Shown here: in pieces, positions 21,199 through 30,307 of the stretch
Position numbering within the stretch: position 1 is the first letter of the stretch
Layout: each line of letters begins with the position of its first letter
Assembly (NCBI GenBank): GCA_963736855.1
Contig: CAVTQK010000009.1
Span: 542,285 to 606,284 of the forward strand
DNA: 64,000 nt
Origin: an uncultured delta proteobacterium
GTDB lineage: Bacteria > Desulfobacterota > Desulfobacteria > Desulfobacterales > UBA2156
Direction of reading: 5' to 3'
Notes under the pieces: model-generated
Database searches by the model: none
What the model saw: only the letters and a program-made list of their open reading frames with translations
Told to the model about the DNA's origin: nothing
Position numbers and translations under genes: made by a program

Positions 21199-22216
21199 TT
21201 GTCGGTAAAGCCTTTATCAAACTCCATCAAGCAGGCACTGATTGATCGATTTAGTCGACGAATGAATTATTTCCGTATCTCCATCACCGATCGCTGTAAT
21301 CTCAGGTGTTTTTACTGCGTTCCAGAAGGTTTTTTCCCCAAATTACCCCACCATGAAATACTATGCTTACGAGGAGATGTTACGTTTGGTCAAGATTGGG
21401 GTTCGCTTAGGAGTTTCAAAAGTGCGTGTAACCGGCGGCGAGCCCCTGGTCAGAAAGGGTGTCTACGGCTTTCTGGAAGCGCTAGGACAGACAGCCGGAC
21501 TGTCCGATGTCTCTTTGACCACCAATGGTGTATTATTGTCTCACCAGATCCACCGGATCCAAAAGGCCGGGATTCGACGCATCAACATCAGTCTGGACAC
21601 GTCGAATCGCGAAAAATATCGAAGAATTACGGGGGTTGATCGTTTCGACGCCGTGTGGGAGGGAATTCGATCGGCGCATGAATCAGGATTTCACCCAATC
21701 AAAATCAACGTGGTGGTTATTCGAGGCGTCAACGATGACGAATTGATGGATCTCGCACGCTTGTCCATTGATCATCCTTATTTCATTCGATTTATCGAGT
21801 ATATGCCCATGGGTGTTCATTGCACGAATATGAATCAGCAAATGCTTGCACCGGAAATTTTGACAAAGATTGAAACTGTCGGTGCCTTGGAGCCTATTTT
21901 CAGAACTAAAAATGACGGACCCGCGGAACGTTACCGGTTCAATGGAGCGGCTGGCGAGATCGGGTTGATCCGGCCCATCAGTCATCATTTCTGCCAGGAT
22001 TGTAACCGGTTGCGTCTTACCGCCAGCGGGCAGCTCCGTGTTTGCTTGTTATCCAAAATCCAAGTGGACCTGAAAGGACCCATGAGAGACGGCGCTACGG
22101 ATGCCGAACTGGCCCAAATGATGAAAGAGGCGGTCCTGCGGAAGCCGCAGGATCACGGATTAAGCTTAAGGAAAGTATCTGCCGTTTTAGACCCGATGTC
22201 TGCCATCGGCGGCTGA
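21199..22216 (+). CDS. moaA: GTP 3',8-cyclase MoaA (molybdenum cofactor biosynthesis); one frameshift near 21364
   Basis: YFRISITDRCNLRCFYC (ORF 21058 frame) continues as (EIL)AYEEMLRLVKIGVRLGVSKVRVTGGEPLVR (ORF 21353 frame). An extra T lies around 21364. TTG 21199 is preceded by AAGGGAA. Confidence 0.85.
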
Positions 22217-22363
22217 GCCACCGGGAATTTTAAACGGAAACAGAAACGGAAACAAGGGATACGGTTTCCTGGGAAAGGGACAGGTTCATCGCCTAAAAGC
22301 GGATTCGTTTTAGCGGATTAACCTGCCGCTAACATTAACAACAGCAAGGAGGGAGGAGGATTT

Positions 22364-25300
22364 ATGAACGTTTCACGCCGAGAGTTCATGCAGATTACCG
22401 GTGCCACGGCAGCGGGTCTTGCGGTGAGCGGCCTGGGGTTTGATCTTTCGCCGGTTCAATCCCACGCTCAGATGCTAAAGACCAAGTATGCCAAAGAGAC
22501 CATCACGATCTGCCCCTACTGCGGGGTGGGATGCGGGGCCATCGTGCATACCGCCAAAAGTGGGGCCGGCCGTGTCATCAACATCGAAGGGGATCCGGAC
22601 CATGTCATCAGCCGGGGATCCCTGTGCTCGAAGGGCTCTTCTCTGAAGCAGCTGGTGGAAAACGAAAACCGATTGCTGGAACCCATGTACCGGGCTCCGA
22701 ATTCAAAGGAATGGAAACCGGTGTCATGGGACTGGGCCATTGAAGAGATTGCCAAACGCGTCAAGGCCACACGGGACGCCACTTTTGAGGCTAAAAACGA
22801 CAAGGGGCAGACGGTCAACCGCACCACAGCCATCGCCTCGGTGGGCAGCGCCGCTTTGGACAATGAAGAGTGCTGGATCTACCAGGCCCTGCTGCGAGCT
22901 CTCGGGCTGGTATATATCGAACACCAGGCCCGTATCTGACACAGCGCCACGGTTGCGGCTCTGGCAGAGTCGTTCGGACGCGGCGCCATGACCAACCACT
23001 GGATTGATCTGAAAAACGCGGACTTCATTCTCATCATGGGAAGCAACGCCGCGGAAAACCACCCCATCTCTTTCAGATGGATCACCGAGGCCCAGAAAAA
23101 CGGCGCCACCCTCATCAATGTGGATCCACGTTTACCCGCACCTCCTCCAAGGCGGATATTTACGCTTCTTTGCGTTCCGGGACGGACATCGCCTTTTTGG
23201 GCGGGATGATCAAGTACATCCTGGACAATAAACTGTATTTTGAAGAATATATGCTCGATTATACCAACGCTTCTTTTATTGTAAACGATGCTTTTGGATT
23301 TTCCGACGGCCTCTTTGCCGGTTATGACGATAAAAAGCGCAGTTACGACAAAAGCAAGTGGGCTTTTGCTATGGACGAAAAGGGTGTTCCCAAGCGTGAC
23401 CCCAGCCTGAAAAATCCCCTATGTGTAATCAATCTGCTTAAAAAGCACTACGATCGCTATACGCTCAAGAAAGTATCAGAGGTCACCGGGACCCCGGAAG
23501 CCGATCTTTTGAAGGTTTACAAAGCTTACAGCGCCACCGGCAAAACCTGACAAGGCCGCCACTATCATGTACGCCATGGGATGGACCCAGCATACGGTGG
23601 GCGTCCAGAACATCCGCGCCATGTGCATCATTCAACTGCTGCTGGGCAACATGGGCATCGCGGGCGGCGGTGTGAATGCCCTGCGGGGTGAATCCAATGT
23701 GCAGGGCTCCACGGATCAAGGCTTGTTGTTCCACATCCTGCCCGGCTATCTGCCCACGCCGGCGGCCTCCATCGACTCCCTGACGGTTTACAAAGAGAAA
23801 AACACGCCCAAGAGCAACGATCCGCGTTCGGCCAACTGGTGGCAGAACCGGCCCAAGTACATCACCAGCCTGCTCAAGTCCTTTTTCGGAGACAAGGCTA
23901 CGGCAGAAAACGATTTCGGCTACAACTGGCTGCCAAAGGTCGACGACGGAAAGCCCTATTCCTGGCTGGATATCTTCGATGCCATGTACAACGGGAAGAT
24001 CAAGGGGTTTTTTGCCTGGGGCCAGAACCCGGCCTGCTCGGGCGCCAATTCCAACAAGACCCGCAAGGCCATGGCCAAGCTGGACTGGATGGTGAACGTC
24101 AATCTTTTTGACAATGAAACCGGCTCGTTCTGGAAGGGTCCGGGAATGGATCCATCGGCCATCAAGACCGAGGTATTCATGCTCCCGGCCTGCGTTTCCG
24201 TGGAAAAAGAAGGGATCTATCAGCAACTCGGGCCGCTGGATGCAGTGGCGCTACGAGGGACCCAAACCCTTAGGCAACAGCCGCCCCGATGGCGACATGA
24301 TCATGGAACTGGGTCTCAAGCTCAAGGAACTCTATGCCAAGGGCGGGGGGTTCCCGGATCCGATCCTCAACCTCAAGTGGGACTATTCAACCAATCATAA
24401 GTACGATCCCCACAAGGCGGCCAAGGAGATCAACGGCTACTGGCTCAAAGACAAAACCATCGGCGAGGTCACTTACAAGGCCGGCTCTCTCGTGGCGCCG
24501 GGATTTGCCCTGCTCCAGGCCGACGGCTCCACTTCCTGCGGCAACTGGATCTACTGCGGCAGCTATACGGACAAGGGGAACATGGCGGCCCGGCGGAGCC
24601 AGGAAGATGCACCCAACAAGATCGGCCTGTATCCCGCCTTTGCCTGGTGCTGGCCGGTGAACCGGCGGATCATCTACAACCGAGCTTCCTGCAATCCAAA
24701 AGGACAGCCGTATAATGAAAAGCGCTGGGTCGTCAAATGGGATGCTGAAGGAAAAAAATGGGTCGGCGATGTCCCGGATGGACCCTGGCCCCCGCTGCAA
24801 AACCCGGACGGCAGCCAGCGTGAGGACGGTCGTTATCCGTTTATCATGACAAAAGAAGGATTTGCTCAGATTTATGGCCCGGGCCTCAACGACGGGCCTT
24901 TCCCGGAACACTATGAGCCTCTGGAATGCCCGGTGGAGAAAAATGCATTCGGCAAACAGCTCATGAACCCCACGGCCCCGGTGTACGGCACCGATGCGGA
25001 TGCGCATTTTACCTGCGACCCGCGCTATCCCTATGTGTGCACTACCTATCGGGTATCCGAGCACTGGCAGACCGGGCTGATGACCCGGCCCCAGCCCTGG
25101 CTGCTGGAACTTCAGCCCCAGATGTTTGTGGAGATCAGCGAGGAGCTGGCTAAACTGAAAGGATTTAAAAACGGTGAACGGATCAAGGTGTCTTCAGCCC
25201 GCGGATCGGTGGAGTGTACGACCATCGTGACCAAGCGCTTTAAACCCTTTAAAATCAGCGGCACGGTGGTCCATGAAGTGGGGATTCCATGGCATTTCGG

Positions 25301-25421
25301 CTGGCGATGGCCCGACAGCGGCAAAGAGGAAAGTGCGAACCTGCTCACGCCGTCCACCGGTGATCCCAACACCCGGATCCCGGAAACCAAGGCCTTCATG
25401 GTCAACGTGGCCAAAATCTAA
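22364..25421 (+). CDS. fdhA: formate dehydrogenase catalytic subunit, Tat-exported, selenocysteine-containing; three frameshifts in this assembly
   Basis: Tat signal SRREFMQITGATAAGLAV. EHQARI[TGA 22937-22939]HSATVAALAESFGRGAMTNHW is the classic Sec context. Frame changes at a T-run near 23131, an A-run at 23542-23545 and an A/G-run at 24204-24214 rejoin ORFs 22988, 23077, 23567 and 24108. Confidence 0.9.
22940..22990 (+). promoter_or_regulatory. SECIS-like stem-loop region downstream of the fdhA UGA
   Basis: A hairpin can be drawn at 22940-22963 with loop CACGGUU. Folded by hand only. Confidence 0.45.
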
Positions 25422-25435
25422 GGAGGTGATCTGAT

Positions 25436-26155
25436 ATGAGCAAAGCCTTTTTTATCGATACGACATTGTGTACGGCCTGTCGGGCATGCCAGGTGGCCTG
25501 CAAACAGTGGCACAACCTACCGGCCGAGAAAACAACCAATAAGGGGACCTTCCAAAACCCGGCGGACCTTTCTTTTGATACCTACAAATTGGTCCGCATG
25601 CGTGAAGAAGTGATCAACAGCAAGCTGCAGTGGCTGTTTTTTCCGGAGCAGTGTCGGCACTGTCTGGAGCCCCCCTGCCGTGATACCGCAGGAGAGCCCA
25701 CTGCCATCTATACCGACAAGGAGACGGGGGCGGTCCTGTACACCGCTAATACCAAGGGGCTCAATGTCAAGGAAATCACCGAGTCATGCCCATATAATAT
25801 CCCGCGGGCATCCGAGGAAGGCACCTTGGCCAAGTGCGACATGTGCATCGACCGGGTTCAAAACGGACTTGCCCCGGCCTGTGTAAAGACCTGCCCCTCC
25901 GGATCCATGAACTTCGGTGACCGGGAAGCGATGTTGGAGATGGCCAAGAAGCGATTGAAAGAGGTCCAGGCCAAATTCCCGAAGGCTTCCCTTCTGGATC
26001 CCGATGATGTGAGCGTCATCTATCTGGTGGCCTTTGATCCGAAAATCTATCATGAATTTTCGGTGGCATCCAGACAATCCCCGGGAATTACACGACAGGT
26101 GGCGCTGAAAAAGATAGCGTCGCCCATCACCCGTTTCGTGCGTGCGCTCGGATGA
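25436..26155 (+). CDS. fdhB: formate dehydrogenase iron-sulfur (4Fe-4S) subunit
   Basis: CTACRACQVACKQWH, CRHCLEPPC and CDMCIDRV...CVKTCP ferredoxin-type clusters. Lies 14 nt after fdhA. Confidence 0.88.
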   Translation: MSKAFFIDTTLCTACRACQVACKQWHNLPAEKTTNKGTFQNPADLSFDTYKLVRMREEVINSKLQWLFFPEQCRHCLEPPCRDTAGEPTAIYTDKETGAVLYTANTKGLNVKEITESCPYNIPRASEEGTLAKCDMCIDRVQNGLAPACVKTCPSGSMNFGDREAMLEMAKKRLKEVQAKFPKASLLDPDDVSVIYLVAFDPKIYHEFSVASRQSPGITRQVALKKIASPITRFVRALG

Positions 26156-26181
26156 TCCGATCCGCGCAATGAGTCTGAAAA

Positions 26182-26211
26182 GGGGGAGGCGGATTCCGCC
26201 TCCCCCTTTTT
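26182..26211 (+). terminator. rho-independent terminator after fdhB
   Basis: GGGGGAGGCGG-ATT-CCGCCTCCCCC followed by TTTTT. Confidence 0.8.
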
Positions 26212-26243
26212 GTATCGACAAGTTATAGAAGGAAGGCTCGCAT

Positions 26244-27131
26244 TTGATGGCAGAATACGTCATAACGGTAAAGCATCTCGAAAATGCGCTGGCATCGGCG
26301 AAAGACAGGCTCCCCGCCTATAGAGTCCTGCTCGATTTTTATGAAAAAATTTTTATGGCTCAGGAGGCATCCAAACAAAAAACCGCACCCGTTCCGCCTT
26401 TCATGACTCCCGATGTCGTTTCGGCAAAGCAAAAAGATGGATTTCCCCTGGTGAATCTCGCCGAGTTTCCCATCGATGTCCCTGCGGCCTCAGAACTCTT
26501 CGACAACATTTTAGAGATCACCCGGAATACCCCCGGAAGATGGGCCGAATTTACCGAAGCTATCCTGAACCCGTCCAACCTTCACACCGTTCCCCTCAGC
26601 CCGCCCATCCTTTTTGATAAGTTCTTATGTCGAGACGAAGATTTTTTTGTTCGTTGCGCCAAGCGGTACGGCGTCGATAGCCGGATGCTCGGTTTCGTGG
26701 TGTACAACAGCCTGCAGCCTTCCCTGAGTCTTTCCGCCCAACAGCTGGAGGTCTTCCTGAAAAACAGTCCTGCCTGGGAAAAAGGCTACTGCCCCATTTG
26801 CGGCAGTCTACCGGGATTGGCTGTACTGGAAAACGATGGGGCGCGGGCTTTGTTCTGCGCGTTCTGTTTTCACAAGTGGCCGACCAAACGGGCGTATTGC
26901 CCCTATTGCGGGAACACGGATAGCGGAAGCCTTCAATATTTTTATAGTGAGCAGGAAACAGGGTACCGGGTAGATGTATGCGAGGGATGCGGGAAATACA
27001 TCAAGTCGGTGGACCTGCGGGAAATAGCCCATCCCATTTACCCACCGTTGGAGATCTTGACCACCCTGCACCTTGACATGAAGGCCCGGGAGGCCGGATA
27101 TGAAAGCCCGGGTTCCCTCCTGATGGAATGA
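26244..27131 (+). CDS. fdhE: formate dehydrogenase accessory protein FdhE
   Basis: Four CxxC pairs: CPICGS, CAFCFHKW, CPYCGN, CEGCGKY. ATG at 26247 is also possible. Confidence 0.85.
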   Translation: MMAEYVITVKHLENALASAKDRLPAYRVLLDFYEKIFMAQEASKQKTAPVPPFMTPDVVSAKQKDGFPLVNLAEFPIDVPAASELFDNILEITRNTPGRWAEFTEAILNPSNLHTVPLSPPILFDKFLCRDEDFFVRCAKRYGVDSRMLGFVVYNSLQPSLSLSAQQLEVFLKNSPAWEKGYCPICGSLPGLAVLENDGARALFCAFCFHKWPTKRAYCPYCGNTDSGSLQYFYSEQETGYRVDVCEGCGKYIKSVDLREIAHPIYPPLEILTTLHLDMKAREAGYESPGSLLME

Positions 27132-27475
27132 CGATTTTACGGAAAACAGGCCAACCTTAAATCTTACCGGAAAATGGGACGTATCCCGATAATACCGCTA
27201 ATTCTCGAAAAAATGCGCTGGTTTTTCCAAAGTGTTTCCATATTTATTTTTGTTGTTTTTTTTTTATTCATATGTCATGTGCTCAAAACCGCTCGTTGCT
27301 CCTTTGAGCATTAAACGAGCGCTGTGCTCGAATTTCCAAGCGATGCGTGTAAACGCATGGAGGAGATGAAAGAGCCGCACGCAAAACTAAAAACGAGCCG
27401 ATCTCTCTTTTTCTTTTCAGCCAAAGCCTATTGATCACAACAGCAGTGGGAAGAACCTACATGAAGGAGGTGTCA

Positions 27476-28419
27476 ATGGACAAGGAACAGAGAAAATTTT
27501 ACGAAAGATTGGAAGGAAAAGGTGTCTCAAGAAGGGACTTCATGCGTTATTGCACCTTTTTAACCGCTACCATGGGGCTTTCCGCCGCCTATGTACCCAA
27601 GGTGGCGGAGGTGTTTGCGGCGCCCACGCAACGCCCCCCGGTGATCTGGCTTCATTTTGCCGAGTGCACCGGGTGCTCCGAGGCGGTTCTGCGTTCCACT
27701 TACCCGTACATCGACGATCTGGTGCTGGAGGTCCTCTCTTAGAATACCATGAAACCGTCATGGCGGCAGCGGGACAGCAGGCCGAAGACCAGCTTCATGC
27801 CTCGGTCAAGAAGTACGAAGGAAAATACATCTGTGTGGTGGAAGGGGCCATCGCCACCAAGTTTAACGGCGGTTATGGTAAGATTTCCGGACGCACCTTT
27901 CTGGAGATCGGAAAGGACGTCTGCAGCAAAGCTGCCGCGGTGATCTGCATCGGCGCCTGTTCTTCTTTCGGCGGGATTCAGACCGCCAAACCGAATCCGG
28001 GCGGATTTAAAGGGGTCGGAGAAGCCCTGGGCATTAAAACCCTAAACATTCCCGGATGTCCTCCCAATCCGGTCAATTTCGTCGGAACCGTGGTCAATTT
28101 CCTTCTTTTAGGGAAACTGCCGGCTTTAGACAAGTTAGGCCGGCCACTCTTTGCCTATGGGAAAACCATCCACGATCAATGTCCGAGAAGGTCCCATTTT
28201 GAAAACGAGGAATTCGTCACCGAGTTCGGTTCGCCGGAAGCGGCTATGGGATACTGCCTGTATAAGATGGGCTGTCGGGGACCCGAGACCTTCAATAATT
28301 GTCCCATCGCCAAGTTCAACGAAGGCACCAGCTTCCCCATCGAAGCCGGGCATCCTTGCATCGGGTGCAGCGAGCCCGATTTCTGGGACAAGATGACGCC
28401 GTTCTATAAAGAAATGTAG
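27476..28419 (+). CDS. hynB: periplasmic [NiFe] hydrogenase small subunit (Tat signal); one frameshift near 27739
   Basis: GGAGG-ATG at 27476. SRRDFMRYC Tat motif and ECTGCSEA. ...DLVLEVLS joins LEYHETVMAAAG when one T is added at 27739-27740. Confidence 0.88.
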
Positions 28420-28475
28420 CATTAGCCGTATTCCGGAAGAAATCCTGATTTTCAAAATGATAAGGAGGAAACCTC

Positions 28476-30128
28476 ATGGGAAATAGAATCACCATTGATC
28501 CGATTACCAGAATAGAAGGCCACCTTCGCATTGAAGTAGAGGTGGCCGGAGGGAAAGTGGTCAACGCCTGGAGCAGCCCTCAGATGTTTCGGGGCATCGA
28601 ACTGATTCTGCTGGGCCGGGATCCCCGGGATGCCCATCATTTTGTGCAGCGCTCCTGCGGGGTCTGAACGTTGACCCATGCTCTGTCCTCGGTGAGGGCA
28701 GTCGAAGACGCGGTTAAAGTCAATATTCCCGACAACGTCAGGATTATCCGAAATCTGCTTCATGGTGCCCAGTTCCAACACGACCATATTGTCCACTTTT
28801 ATCATCTGCATGCCCTGGACTGGGTGGACATAGTCAGTGCCCTGAAAGCCGACCCTAAAGCCACCGCATCGCTTGCCGATACCGTCAGTAATGCCCCGGT
28901 GGGGGGTGCGGCCTATTTCAAAACCGTTCAACAAAGATTGAAGACTTTTGTGGACAGCGGCCAGCTGGGGCCCTTCGCCAACGCCTACTGGGGGCATCCC
29001 GCATACAAGCTCCCTCCGGAGGCGAACCTCATGGCCGCAGCTCACTATGTGGAGGCCCTGCGGATCCAGGCAAGGGCTGCACGGATGCATGCCATTTTCG
29101 GCGCCAAGAATCCACATCTTCAATCCCTGGTGGTGGGGGGTGTCACCTGTGTGGCGGACCTGACCCCGGATCGGATTGCCGAATTTCTCTACATCTGGAA
29201 GGAAACCCAAAGCTTCATAGAAAATGTATACATCCCGGATCTCCTCGCGGTAGCATCCTTTTACAAAGACTGGGGCGCCATCGGCGGAACCCAAAACTTT
29301 ATGGCTTGGGGTGATTTCCCGGAAACGGCCAAGGAGCCGGAGAGCCTGTACATGCCGCGGGGCGTCATTAAAAAGCGGGACCTGGCCGGTGTCGCCATGG
29401 CTAAACAAGAAGGGGTTACCGAGCATGTCAAGCGTTCCTGGTATACAGATGGAGATCCAAAGCATCCCTACAAAGGGGAGACCAAGCCGCTTCAGGAAAA
29501 TCCGGCCTACAAACCGGATGATGGCAAATACTCCTGGATGAAGGCTCCCCGGTATGACAATGAAGCCTGCGAAGTGGGACCATTGGCCCGTGTTTTGGTA
29601 GCCTATGCCAAGGGGCATGCCACTATTAAACCCCTGGTGGATCAGACCTGCCAGAAGCTGGGAATTCCCGTCACGGCCCTCTTCTCCACTTTAGGTCGGA
29701 CCGCAGCTCGGGCGCTGGAAACCGTGGCTATCGGCAAGGCCATGGAAGGATGGATCATGAAGTTGGTGGAAAACGTGAAGGGCGGCAACACCAAGACCTA
29801 CCAGGCCTGGGACTGGCCCAAGGAAGAAGCCATGGGCGTCGGGCTCAATGATGTTCCCCGGGGATCCCTCGGACACTGGGTTGTCATCGAAAAACAGAAA
29901 ATTAAAAACTATCAGTATGTGGTTCCCTCCACATGGAACTTGGGCCCACGATGCGGCAACAACAAAATGGGTCCCGTGGAAGAGGCGCTTATCGGCACAC
30001 CAGTGGCCGATCCCAAGCAGCCCCTGGAGGTATTGAGAACCGTTCACTCTTTCGACCCGTGTATAGCCTGCGGCGTCCACGTTATCGACCCGGATTCCAA
30101 TCAGGTATACAAAGTCAAAGCGTTATAA
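28476..30128 (+). CDS. hynA: [NiFe] hydrogenase large subunit with in-frame TGA (28665-28667) at the second Cys of RxCGxC
   Basis: [19 protein letters not shown]...FVQRSCGV[TGA][15 protein letters not shown]. ORFs 28476 and 28671 share one frame. C-terminal DPCIACGVH at 30054-30080. Confidence 0.85.
28683..28701 (+). promoter_or_regulatory. hairpin 15 nt downstream of the hynA TGA (possible SECIS)
   Basis: CTGTCCT-CGGTG-AGGGCAG: 7 bp including one G-U pair, with a GGU-containing loop. Confidence 0.35.
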
Positions 30129-30145
30129 AATCGTTTTTTCATCTT

Positions 30146-30185
30146 CTCCGGCCTCCCTGATTTCCAGGGGGGCCGGAGCTTTTTA
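30146..30185 (+). terminator. rho-independent terminator after the hydrogenase large subunit
   Basis: CTCCGGCC...GGCCGGAG stem followed by CTTTTT. Confidence 0.75.
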
Positions 30186-30209
30186 GGCTTTTTAACGATA
30201 GGCTTTGGT

Positions 30210-30238
30210 TTGACATCCGATCCGATGTTGGATATGAA
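30210..30238 (+). promoter_or_regulatory. sigma70-like promoter candidate (TTGACA-17 nt-TATGAA)
   Basis: TTGACA at 30210-30215 and TATGAA at 30233-30238, about 70 nt upstream of 30308. Confidence 0.3.
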
Positions 30239-30307
30239 ATTCTGACCGAAAACGGAGCCTTTTTCACCCATCCTTTTCCCGGAGTTTCTCACAGGAGCCG
30301 TTGACTC

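Noticed and set aside
21092-21199. Possible Moco riboswitch upstream of moaA
   Set aside because: I could not recognise the conserved Moco-motif elements by eye. This needs an Infernal/Rfam scan.
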